Shown here: positions 1 through 8,236 of the stretch, in pieces | Position numbering within the stretch: position 1 is the first letter of the stretch | Layout of the letters: every line of letters starts with the position of its first letter | Assembly (NCBI GenBank): GCA_964536525.1 | Contig: CAZHYA010000002.1 | Coordinates: forward strand, 1 to 34,936 | DNA length: 34,936 bases | Source: an uncultured Bacteroidales bacterium | GTDB taxonomy: Bacteria > Bacteroidota > Bacteroidia > Bacteroidales > B18-G4 | Direction of reading: 5' to 3' | Position numbers and translations under genes: made by a program | The notes under the pieces: generated by a model | What the model saw: only the letters and a program-made list of their open reading frames with translations | Databases searched by the model: none | What the model was told of the DNA's origin: nothing

Positions 1-1694
1 TCGATAAATCCCACCGTATCGGTCAGAAGCATTTTTCTGTTATTTACCACGAGAGAACGGGTTGTAGGAGATAGTGTCGTAACCGACCCGGCATAGGGGA
101 AAGCATTTTCATCAGGGTTGAACACATTGCCGTGCTCATCCCTGTTTTCCGCCACCAGCCGGGCAAATTTGAATGCATCTTCGCGGGTGGCGCCGAGCAG
201 GATCTGCTGGGTGAAGGAGGCGATATAATCGGCATACCATTCCTGGCTCGGTTTCCAGGCTTCGTTGATCTGTGCGCCTGCACCGCCTGCATTGTAGGTG
301 TCGCCCGAATTTTCCCATACATAGTACGACCGTACATAGAAGTCGGGGTTGTTTACTTCGGCCTGGATGTTCGACATCCTGAAATTTTCGAAAGCGAAGC
401 GGTTCTGAGCGGTGTATACGCTGGAGCCGTTGCCGTAACCTCCGCGAAGAATGGCTTCGCAGTCCTCCCCGAAGCGGTAATGCAGCGCCGCGTTGAAACG
501 CATGATATGGGTGTTGTAGTCGACAAGATCGCTTTCCTTCCATCCCGTGCGGGTGATCACCTGGTCGGGGAACAGGTGCAGGTTGTTGTTGATGAAATTC
601 TCGTATTCGGGTGTCCCGGGCACCAGTCCACGGGCTTCGGCAACGCCCGCCAGAACGGTCGGGGCTACCTCCGCCAGGTTCACCGGCACCACGATATCAT
701 CACCGTAAACATTAACCCCGTCGTAGCCTTCATTGCTTTCGCGGGTTGAACTGTGGTTGTCGAGGTCGTACTTATCGCGGTAGTCAACAGCATACCAGTC
801 GGTGGCGTTAAGGTAGGTGCCGGTAAACTTAAAGGCAAATTTATCGTTGATGTTACGGGCAAAACGCAGGTCGAAGTTCACCATGGGTTTTGGCCCTGAC
901 GCATGCTCATCATCCACATGCATCATGCCGCTTTGCAGCGACACCGTCAGCCCTTCATGGTCGAAAGGATTCTTGCTGTGCATCAGCAGTACGCCGTTCA
1001 TCCCTCCGGGCCCGTATAGTGCAGAGGAAGCGCCCACGAGCAACTCCACATTGTCGATGTCGATATTCGACAGGCCGAAGATGTTGCCTGCCGAAAAGCT
1101 CAGCCCCGGTGAGCTGTTGTCGACCCCGTCGACAAGCTGGTTCATGCGCAGGTTGGTTTCGCCCGTAAAGCCGCGGGCGTTGGGAAAGCGGAAGGTGAGG
1201 CTGTGTACGTTCATGTCGACCCCCTTGATCGCATAGAGGCCATCATAGAAATTGGCTGTCGGTATCTGCCCGATCTCCCGGCTTGTAAGCTTTTCGATGG
1301 TCACCGGCGACGCCATGATGTTCTCTTCGACCCTGGAGGCCGAGATCACCACCTCCTGGCCGAGGATGGCACGTGGTTCCATCTCTACCATCAATGAGGT
1401 GTTGGATTCGGTGAGTTCTACCTCGACTTTTGCATAGCCCACGAAGGAAAAGGCCAGGATAAAGGGAGGTTTTGTGGAGGTTTTGATGATAAAATTCCCG
1501 TCGACATCGGCAACGGTGCCTTCAAGGGTTCCCTGTATGGTGATGTTCACCCCTGTCAGGGGTTCATGGGTCACGGCCTCCACAACCCTGCCGCCTGCGA
1601 TCACCTGCTGCGACATTCCTGCCAAAACTGTAAAAACAACGAACAAGATCATCAGCATGATCCTGTGGACCACATACGAAGGCTGCTGTTTCAT
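1..1694 (-). CDS. TonB-dependent outer-membrane receptor, N-terminal ~564 aa (3' end lies left of the window)
   Basis: Absent from the ORF track because it has no stop inside the window. The minus frame starting at ATG 1694-1692 stays open to position 1, and no listed minus ORF uses that frame. Translation: MKQQPSYVVHRIMLMILFVVFTVLAGMSQQ (signal peptide), GRVVEAVTHEPLTGVNITIQGTLEGTVADVDGNFII (CarboxypepD_reg-like), then VVISASRVEENIMASPVTIEKLTSREI...LVDGVDNSSPGLSF...VELLVGASSALYGPGGMNGVLL (plug-like). Confidence 0.85.
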   Translation of the reverse strand, partial: MKQQPSYVVHRIMLMILFVVFTVLAGMSQQVIAGGRVVEAVTHEPLTGVNITIQGTLEGTVADVDGNFIIKTSTKPPFILAFSFVGYAKVEVELTESNTSLMVEMEPRAILGQEVVISASRVEENIMASPVTIEKLTSREIGQIPTANFYDGLYAIKGVDMNVHSLTFRFPNARGFTGETNLRMNQLVDGVDNSSPGLSFSAGNIFGLSNIDIDNVELLVGASSALYGPGGMNGVLLMHSKNPFDHEGLTVSLQSGMMHVDDEHASGPKPMVNFDLRFARNINDKFAFKFTGTYLNATDWYAVDYRDKYDLDNHSSTRESNEGYDGVNVYGDDIVVPVNLAEVAPTVLAGVAEARGLVPGTPEYENFINNNLHLFPDQVITRTGWKESDLVDYNTHIMRFNAALHYRFGEDCEAILRGGYGNGSSVYTAQNRFAFENFRMSNIQAEVNNPDFYVRSYYVWENSGDTYNAGGAGAQINEAWKPSQEWYADYIASFTQQILLGATREDAFKFARLVAENRDEHGNVFNPDENAFPYAGSVTTLSPTTRSLVVNNRKMLLTDTVGFI

Positions 1695-1857
1695 CTCCGG
1701 GCTTTACATAAAAATCCCACACAAGGTACTAAAAAATGCCGCAGCCGGTAAAATTAGTTTTGGTTGTTTGTATTTTGAAAAAGCAGGATACGGCCATTTT
1801 GCGCAAGGAAATATTGTCGGGGAAAGCTTTAAAATAAATAATTTCGCTGATCATTCA

Positions 1858-3597
1858 ATGTTGGAGACTATGCCCCGACGATTCAGCGCGCGATTGAGCG
1901 AAACCTGGTTAAAGGCAGCGGTGGTGGGGAGCCTGTGGGCTTCTTTCGAGATCATCATCGGGAGTTTCCTGCATAACATGCGTGTGCCTTTTGCCGGCAC
2001 CATACTTTCTTTTGCCAGCGTGGGGCTGGTTATCGCGTTCATCCAGGTCTGGAAAGACCGGGGCCTGGTGTGGCGTGCCGGGCTGGTGGCTGCATTGCTC
2101 AAATCCATTTCGCCCAGCGCCATCATCCTGGGCCCTATGGTCGGGATCTTTTCCGAGGCCGTCATCATCGAGTTCTTTCTGGTTTTGTTGGGCAGAAACC
2201 TTCCGGCCTATCTGCTCGGAGGAGCTTTTGCCGTGCTCAGTGCCCTGATTCACAAGGTGGTGAGCCTGCTGGTGATCTATGGATTCGACCTTTTGGTGAT
2301 CGTCGAACAGCTGTACCGGTACATCATCAGGCAACTGGGCATGGCCGAAGGTGAGCCTATGCTGCTGATCGGCATCATTACGGCCGCTTATGGTGTGGTG
2401 GGCATGCTTGCTGCGGTACTTGGATACCTTGGCGGCAGGAAGGCCCTCACGATGGAGGTATCGGCAGGCGGGATCAGCCCCGGCAAGGGGAAAAGCCTTT
2501 TCGGCCAGGCGTATGTGAGGCACTCCTCACCCTGGTACCTGATATTCCACCTTGTATGTATCGTGCTTTGCCTTTATCTGATCAATACCCTGCCCATATG
2601 GTTTTCGGCCTTCCCTGCCCTGGGATATGCCGCTTTTTGCCTCTATGGTTATAAAGGCAGTATGCGTTCGTTCAGAAAGCCTTCATTCTGGATATGGTTC
2701 ATGGCGATCACCTTGCTGGCTGCCATATTCTGGAACGGCCTGAGCAAGGGAAACCTCTGGGACCTGGAAGGGCTGTTGGTGGGGCTGAAGATGAACCTGC
2801 GAGCGGTGGTCATCCTCACCGGTTTTGCGGCTCTGAGCCAGGAGTTGCGCAACCCCGTCGTCCGCACCGTCCTCTACCATAATGGCTTTGCCAGCGTGTA
2901 TCATGCCGTTACCCTTGCTTTTTCGGTGCTCCCCGGCATCGTGGGCTCGCTGCCCGGCATGAAGAAACTTCTGGCTTCACCTGTCGCCACACTGGCGTTG
3001 GTCGTCAGGCAGGCTTCTTCGGTCTATCCCGCCCTGCAGGAAGAGATTGCCGGCCAGAACCGGGTGGTGGTCATCACGGGAGAGATACAGCAGGGAAAAA
3101 CGACCTTCCTGAAAATATTGCTGGAAGAGCTTGCCCGACACGGGGTCAGGACCAGGGGCCTGCTTGCCCGCGGAGTGCACGACGACAGCGGCCGCATCGG
3201 CTACGACCTTGAAAATATAAGCACGGGAGAAACGTGCGAATATATCCGGAATACTCCGTCCGAAGGATGGTATCGTCATGGAAAATATTTTTTCAGCCCG
3301 GAAGGATTGGCATTCGGACGAAAGATTTTGCAGGCCATCAACGACGAAAATACCGACCTGGCCGTGGTCGACGAGGTTGGACCGGTGGAGATGAAAGGCA
3401 GGGGATGGGCGAGTGATATTGAAAGGCTTGTCGACAGCACGCGCTTGCCTCAGCTCTGGGTGGTGAGGAAACAGCTGGTGAAAAAAGCCATCCGTTACTG
3501 GAATATTGGTGAGGTGCTGGTGGTGGATATCGGTGTGGATGATCATCAGGCAACCATCATCGGGCTTCTGGATTTTGTGAAAGGAGCGAAAGATTAA
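1858..3597 (+). CDS. Polytopic membrane protein (about 10 hydrophobic helices) fused to a C-terminal DUF2478/THEP1-like P-loop NTPase
   Basis: In-frame ATG at 1858 (MLETMPRRFSARL) within ORF 1474..3597. The codons before 1858 are antisense to the TonB receptor gene. Hydrophobic segments run through about aa 400. Walker A VVVITGEIQQGKTTF is at nt 3079-3105 and Walker B-like DLAVVDEVGPVEMKGRGW starts at nt 3355. No ABC signature LSGGQ. Confidence 0.8.
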   Translation: MLETMPRRFSARLSETWLKAAVVGSLWASFEIIIGSFLHNMRVPFAGTILSFASVGLVIAFIQVWKDRGLVWRAGLVAALLKSISPSAIILGPMVGIFSEAVIIEFFLVLLGRNLPAYLLGGAFAVLSALIHKVVSLLVIYGFDLLVIVEQLYRYIIRQLGMAEGEPMLLIGIITAAYGVVGMLAAVLGYLGGRKALTMEVSAGGISPGKGKSLFGQAYVRHSSPWYLIFHLVCIVLCLYLINTLPIWFSAFPALGYAAFCLYGYKGSMRSFRKPSFWIWFMAITLLAAIFWNGLSKGNLWDLEGLLVGLKMNLRAVVILTGFAALSQELRNPVVRTVLYHNGFASVYHAVTLAFSVLPGIVGSLPGMKKLLASPVATLALVVRQASSVYPALQEEIAGQNRVVVITGEIQQGKTTFLKILLEELARHGVRTRGLLARGVHDDSGRIGYDLENISTGETCEYIRNTPSEGWYRHGKYFFSPEGLAFGRKILQAINDENTDLAVVDEVGPVEMKGRGWASDIERLVDSTRLPQLWVVRKQLVKKAIRYWNIGEVLVVDIGVDDHQATIIGLLDFVKGAKD

Positions 3598-3606
3598 TTT
3601 TGTGAT

Positions 3607-3614
3607 TAAATTTG
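3607..3614 (+). promoter_or_regulatory. Candidate Bacteroidota -7 promoter box TAAATTTG (TAnnTTTG)
   Basis: Exact match to the TAnnTTTG consensus, 16 nt upstream of the ATG at 3630. Confidence 0.4.
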
Positions 3615-3629
3615 CTAAAAACAAACCAT

Positions 3630-4220
3630 ATGAAAACGATGAACAACCTACAAGCCATAAAAAGTTTATTCTTCCTTGCTTTTGTGGCTCTTGCGCTTGC
3701 GGCCTGCAAAAAGGACAGCGACGATGACAATGGAAATACCCTTCCCGTGGTGAATCCTCTTGTTGGCAAATACACCTTTGTGGCAGCCACCTTCAATGAT
3801 CCCATCACGGTGATCGTGAATGGCGACACCAACCAATACCAGGCCGGCGATGATGCTTTCCTCTTTGTGGGGGGAGGCTTGTTGGGAGCGGCACCATGCG
3901 ACAGTGCTGCCCATGCCGCACTTGAGCTCAGGGCCGACTTCACCTCGTGGTATATATGCCTGGGCGAAAGTAACGAGGCCCAGCAGGGAACCTGGTCATG
4001 GACCGACGACATCAAGCTTTTGAAGCTGAACATTGCCAACCCGGCCAACTTCGTGGTGAACATTACGGGTGTGACCCTGGGCGGCGGCAAGCTCACAGGA
4101 ACCATCCCTGCCCTGCCCATGCCTTACGATACGTCTATTCCTGTAGGCGACCCCCTGCCGGGCGGAGGGATAAACTTCCAGACGGCAAATGTGGCAGTGT
4201 CATTCGATGTGGTGAACTGA
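3630..4220 (+). CDS. Hypothetical lipoprotein (possibly lipocalin-like)
   Basis: ATG at 3630 (MKTMNNLQAIKSLFFLAFVALALAAC KKD) gives a signal peptide with a lipobox Cys. The TTG at 3612 in the ORF track is less likely. No recognisable catalytic motif. Confidence 0.7.
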   Translation: MKTMNNLQAIKSLFFLAFVALALAACKKDSDDDNGNTLPVVNPLVGKYTFVAATFNDPITVIVNGDTNQYQAGDDAFLFVGGGLLGAAPCDSAAHAALELRADFTSWYICLGESNEAQQGTWSWTDDIKLLKLNIANPANFVVNITGVTLGGGKLTGTIPALPMPYDTSIPVGDPLPGGGINFQTANVAVSFDVVN

Positions 4221-4228
4221 GAGGCTTT

Positions 4229-4278
4229 CCCGGCAGGTTTTCACTCGGGCGATGTGCAGGCCGGGAAAAACCTGCGGG
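4229..4278. terminator. Possible bidirectional stem-loop terminator between convergent genes
   Basis: cccggcaggtttt (4229-4241) pairs with aaaaacctgcggg (4266-4278), giving 12 bp with one bulged G and a large loop of about 24 nt. An alternative 6-bp stem pairs cccggc with gccggg (4260-4265). It fills the gap between the stops at 4220 and 4279. Confidence 0.35.
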
Positions 4279-4911
4279 TCATTTCTCTTCCTTGCTTTCC
4301 TTTTCAACATCCCTGACACACCGCACCGAAAGCTGAAACCCCTTGGTCATGGTCTGTCGTTCAACACCATCTTTGGTTTTTTCCATGATCCTGTTCCAGG
4401 CCGTGGCCTCGTCGAATGCGGTTGCGGTCCAGAAATAGGCCCGCTCTCCTGAGTAAGATGCATTTCCACGGGTATTGATCATTCCGGTAAGCTCGGCATC
4501 GAAGCCAATGCCGCCGTTCACTTTCAGGAATTTGCCGACCGTACCCGAATTGCGGTTGAAATTCTGGTCCAGGTCCTTCTTGTCCATGCCGATATATGAT
4601 TCGAGGGCCTTCCAGTCGTCGTCGGCAGGCAGCCGGTAACCCTCGGGGCATGCCCTGAGGGCGGCATCGAACGAATACCATCGCCCATGCAGCATGCAGT
4701 TGGTCTCATCGCCATCGTAGCATGACGAGCCTTCCCCTGCATCGAATTTCAGGTTCTGGCACATCCACCACAGATCGTTGAATTTGGCCACCAGGTAGAT
4801 GTTGCCGTCGCGCTGGTCGAGCAGGAAATCGGTGTTCTGGGCCAGGATATGCTTTGGGAGCAATAAGGTGGTGATGATAAGTATCGACAGGATGATCTTC
4901 TTCATGGCCAT
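4279..4911 (-). CDS. FISUMP (Fibrobacter succinogenes major paralogous) domain protein, secreted
   Basis: Signal peptide MAMKKIILSILIITTLLLPKHILAQ. Family-typical motifs DGNIYLVAKFNDLWWMCQNL, GRWYSFDAA..CPEGYRLPADDDW and AYFWTAT. Confidence 0.85.
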   Translation of the reverse strand: MAMKKIILSILIITTLLLPKHILAQNTDFLLDQRDGNIYLVAKFNDLWWMCQNLKFDAGEGSSCYDGDETNCMLHGRWYSFDAALRACPEGYRLPADDDWKALESYIGMDKKDLDQNFNRNSGTVGKFLKVNGGIGFDAELTGMINTRGNASYSGERAYFWTATAFDEATAWNRIMEKTKDGVERQTMTKGFQLSVRCVRDVEKESKEEK

Positions 4912-4980
4912 GTGTTTTTATGCAAAATAAATGAATTTATCTCATCGCACGAGGCTTGGTTTTACCTTATTTTTGTGTTG

Positions 4981-7434
4981 ATGCGAATGATGGTCTTCCT
5001 CATCCTCCTCCTGGCCGGCTTTTCCCTCCGGGCAGGCATGGTAAACGGTCACATCAGCAATGCTGAGGGCGAACCCCTCGCCTTTGCCAGCATTTATATT
5101 CAGGGTACCACCATAGGTACGGCTTCGAACCCTGAAGGTTACTTTGAATTGCAACTTGCTGAAGGCGATTATGAACTGGTGATCCAGTACATAGGTTACC
5201 GGCAGCATCATGAGCGCATCAGGGTGCACGGCAAGGTGGTCACCCTCAGTATAGTCCTTGAAAAGGAAGAGGTGTCGCTGGATGAGGTGGTGATCAGCGC
5301 CGAGGCAGAAGACCCGGCCTACCGGATCATCCGCAATGCCATCCGCATGCGGAAGTACTATCTTGAACAGGTGGATAACTATATCTGTGGAGCTTATACA
5401 AAGGGTATCTTCAGGATCACCGAAGCTCCCGACAGGATCTTTGGCGATTCGCTCAACACAAAGACCGATTCTATCCTGGGTATCGTGTACCTGTCGGAAT
5501 CGGAGTCGGTGATCAGCTTTGAGCAACCCGACCAGTTCAGGGAGGAGATGATCTCTGTGAAGGTGAGCGGCGACGACCAGGGCTTCGGGTTCAACTTCAT
5601 CACCTTCTTCATGTCGAACTTTTACAACAACAAGATCACCATACCCGTCGACATGGATGAGCGTGGTTTTATTTCGCCCATCGCCGGCAATGCACTCTTT
5701 TATTACCGTTACCGGCTCGAAGGGACCTATTACGAGGAGGATTACATGGTGAACAAGATCAGGGTGATCCCCAAACGAAGGATTGATCCGGTATTCAGCG
5801 GCTACATCTATATCATCGAAGACCAATGGCGGATCCACAGCCTCGACCTGGTCATCAGCAAGGATGCCAACCTTCCGTTCATCGATTCGGTAAAGATCGC
5901 CAAAACGATGGTCCCTGTCGACGACAGCACCTGGATGCAATTGACACAGCGCCTGCAGTTTTATTTTTCGATAAATATTTTCGGCAAACGCTTTGCCGGC
6001 AACGGGATCTTCCATTCGCAGTTTACCGACTACTGTTTTGACAACAGCTTCGACCGCAGGTATTTCAGCAATGAGGTCATCAGGGCCAACAGGGATGCCA
6101 ACGAGAAGGATTCATTGTACTGGGAGGAAAACCGCCCCATCCCGCTCACCGTCGAGGAAAGGAAGAATTACCGGAAGGAAGACAGCCTTCAGAAGCTGCG
6201 AAGCTCGAAAGCCTACCTCGATTCGCTCGACAGGAAGAGCAACCGCATAAGGTGGGGATCCCTGCTCTCAGGATACACCTATTACCGCAGGCACGACAGC
6301 ACCAGCTACAGCATCGGCTCACCATTGACCACGCTCAACTTCAACACGGTGCAGGGCCTCAACCTGTATGTGAATACGGCCTTCAGCAAGTCGTTTGCCG
6401 GGGGCGACCATCTTCGTATCACCCAGGATGTTTCGTATGGTTTTTCAAACTATCGCTGGGGTTACAGCCTGGGCGCAACATACCGGTACAACCAGGATAA
6501 ATTTGCCAGGTTCAGTCTCAGCGGAGGCATCAAACCGGTGCAGTATAATCCGTCGAATCCGATATCCCCCTTCGTGAATAGCCTGTATACCCTGCTCGAT
6601 GGGCACAACTACATGAAGCTCTATGAAAAAAGCTGGTTCGGACTGTCCCATAGTTCGGAGCTGACCAACGGGCTGTTTTTCACTGCGGGCATTGAATATG
6701 CCGGGAGAGCGCCACTGGTGAATTCAACGGCTTATTCATGGGTGAAAAGCGATAAAAACCGCTTTACCTCAAATGATCCGCAGGATCCCGACAACCAGGG
6801 GCCTGCATTTTCATACAACAGGTCCTTCACGGTTCAGGCGAGCCTCAGGATAAGGATAAACCAGAAATATATTTCCATCCCTGAAAAGACCATCCTCGGT
6901 TCGAAATACCCTGACATCCTGATCAGTTATATCAAGGGGATCCCGGGCTTGCTGGGCAGCGACGTTGATTATGATGTGCTAAAGGCAGGGCTGGAGGGGA
7001 GCCAGAAGATCGGCCCGTTCGGCACCCTGCAATACAGGGGTATGTACGGCACCTTCCTTAACAACCGGAAAACGGAGTTCATGGATTACCATCATTTTAA
7101 CGGCAACCGGACCATCTTCGGCAGGTTCAGGCTCAACTCCTTCCAGCTGCTCGATTATTATGGGCATTCAACCAACAAAAGCTACGTGGAAGCTTGTGCC
7201 GAGCACCATTTCAATGGTTTTATCTTCAACAAGATACCACTGGTAAGAAAAACGAAGTGGAAAGCCGTTGCCGGCTTCAGGTACTTTACGTCGGAATTCA
7301 GCAATAACTATTTCGAGATCAGTGCAGGCATCGAGAACATCTTTACCCTTTTCCGCATCGACTTCGTCGCCGGATATGATGCCGGCAAAAATGTCAGCAC
7401 AGGGATCGTGATCGGGCTCAGGACCGATAATTAA
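4981..7434 (+). CDS. DUF5686 plus carboxypeptidase-regulatory-like domain protein (predicted outer-membrane protein)
   Basis: ATG at 4981 (MRMMVFLILLLAGFSLRA, signal-like) is preferred over the GTG at 4912, which abuts the divergent gene. CarboxypepD_reg-like GMVNGHISNAEGEPLAFASIYIQGTTIGTASNPEGYFELQL. The long C-terminal region is rich in Y/F/N/G and looks beta-rich. Confidence 0.8.
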   Translation: MRMMVFLILLLAGFSLRAGMVNGHISNAEGEPLAFASIYIQGTTIGTASNPEGYFELQLAEGDYELVIQYIGYRQHHERIRVHGKVVTLSIVLEKEEVSLDEVVISAEAEDPAYRIIRNAIRMRKYYLEQVDNYICGAYTKGIFRITEAPDRIFGDSLNTKTDSILGIVYLSESESVISFEQPDQFREEMISVKVSGDDQGFGFNFITFFMSNFYNNKITIPVDMDERGFISPIAGNALFYYRYRLEGTYYEEDYMVNKIRVIPKRRIDPVFSGYIYIIEDQWRIHSLDLVISKDANLPFIDSVKIAKTMVPVDDSTWMQLTQRLQFYFSINIFGKRFAGNGIFHSQFTDYCFDNSFDRRYFSNEVIRANRDANEKDSLYWEENRPIPLTVEERKNYRKEDSLQKLRSSKAYLDSLDRKSNRIRWGSLLSGYTYYRRHDSTSYSIGSPLTTLNFNTVQGLNLYVNTAFSKSFAGGDHLRITQDVSYGFSNYRWGYSLGATYRYNQDKFARFSLSGGIKPVQYNPSNPISPFVNSLYTLLDGHNYMKLYEKSWFGLSHSSELTNGLFFTAGIEYAGRAPLVNSTAYSWVKSDKNRFTSNDPQDPDNQGPAFSYNRSFTVQASLRIRINQKYISIPEKTILGSKYPDILISYIKGIPGLLGSDVDYDVLKAGLEGSQKIGPFGTLQYRGMYGTFLNNRKTEFMDYHHFNGNRTIFGRFRLNSFQLLDYYGHSTNKSYVEACAEHHFNGFIFNKIPLVRKTKWKAVAGFRYFTSEFSNNYFEISAGIENIFTLFRIDFVAGYDAGKNVSTGIVIGLRTDN

Positions 7435-7440
7435 GCGTTA

Positions 7441-8055
7441 TCATTCGTTCATCCAGACCTTCCATTGCTTCTTCCCGATATCCTTCATCACGTTATAGTA
7501 ACTTTTGGCCCAGTAGTTACGCAGGCCAAAGCCGCCCGCGTCACCGGCCATGTGTTTGGCGAACAACACCTCACCCGTCGACATGTCGAAGAAGGTGACC
7601 CACATGTAGCCCATTTCATCTATTTTGTTGAAACTTTCGATGATAAACACCAGGCCGATACCTTCCTCACCGGTATCATATTCGGCAATAATGTCGCTGA
7701 CCACCTCTTCCCCAAAGGAATAGGGCTCATCTATGACAAGTTCACCTGGATCGGGCATCTCGTTGCGTTCGGTCACGATGTCGAGGTTGATCGTAACATT
7801 TGATTTTCCGAATACTTCGGCCAGGTTGTACTTGTCGGGCTCGGCAATAAACAGGTTGTTCCACGACTTGAAGAACTGGTTCTTTATCGCATAGGGATCG
7901 GTGAATCCTTCGGATCCAACCAACCTGACATTTGAAAAGTCGAGCCCGTAGAAAGTGATTTCGCTCACCTTAAAGACATCGGCTTTGGTATACTGTGATT
8001 GTGCCGCAAATGAAAACGCAAATGCGACGATAAAAAGTAATACGATCTTTTTCAT
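7441..8055 (-). CDS. Hypothetical secreted protein
   Basis: 204-aa ORF with signal peptide MKKIVLLFIVAFAFSFAAQSQ and a TAAATTTG box 28 nt upstream. No family recognised. Confidence 0.65.
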   Translation of the reverse strand: MKKIVLLFIVAFAFSFAAQSQYTKADVFKVSEITFYGLDFSNVRLVGSEGFTDPYAIKNQFFKSWNNLFIAEPDKYNLAEVFGKSNVTINLDIVTERNEMPDPGELVIDEPYSFGEEVVSDIIAEYDTGEEGIGLVFIIESFNKIDEMGYMWVTFFDMSTGEVLFAKHMAGDAGGFGLRNYWAKSYYNVMKDIGKKQWKVWMNE

Positions 8056-8083
8056 GGCAATGAATTTTAAGTTCTTATTGATA

Positions 8084-8091
8084 CAAATTTA
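8084..8091 (-). promoter_or_regulatory. Candidate -7 promoter box TAAATTTG for gene 7441..8055
   Basis: The minus strand reads cattaTAAATTTGtatc, an exact TAnnTTTG match about 28 nt upstream of the ATG at 8055. Confidence 0.45.
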
Positions 8092-8120
8092 TAATGAAAA
8101 CGAGGCTAAATCAATAATTG

Positions 8121-8148
8121 CGGGCATGTTTTTTAGCAGGCATGCCCG
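8121..8148 (-). terminator. Stem-loop downstream of the last cluster gene (putative terminator)
   Basis: cgggcatg (8121-8128) pairs perfectly with catgcccg (8141-8148) around a 12-nt loop. It lies 89 nt past the stop at 8237 in the only sizeable gap after the cluster. There is no clear U-tract. Confidence 0.35.
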
Positions 8149-8236
8149 GAATAACCGGTGGCAGTGTGCCCGGGCAGCTTATTTTAGGGGTGTGATCATT
8201 GCTAAGGTCTTATGCGAAACCTGGCCTGCTTAACCG

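Noticed and set aside
1755-1762. TAGTTTTG box in the divergent 1695..1857 intergenic region as the promoter of the membrane-NTPase gene
   Set aside because: It matches TAnnTTTG but lies 96 nt from the ATG. A nearer box (TAATTTCG, 1839-1846) has a mismatch. Neither could be preferred, so no promoter feature was called.
1474-1857. The first 128 codons of the 707-aa plus-strand ORF (GTG start at 1474)
   Set aside because: This stretch is antisense to the well-supported TonB-dependent receptor N-terminus. Its composition is not protein-like (MEVLMIKFPSTSATVPSRVPCMV...). The membrane protein most plausibly starts at ATG 1858, after the divergent intergenic region.
1858-3597. The membrane-fused P-loop NTPase as an anti-phage defence gene (KAP/AAA-like)
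   Set aside because: The NTPase domain is small and DUF2478/THEP1-like. No nuclease, TIR, Sir2 or other effector domain is present. No neighbouring defence, mobile-element or integrase genes are visible.
4912-4980. GTG start at 4912 for the DUF5686 protein
   Set aside because: It would place the start directly against the divergent FISUMP gene start (4911), leaving no promoter space. The signal-peptide-like sequence begins at ATG 4981.
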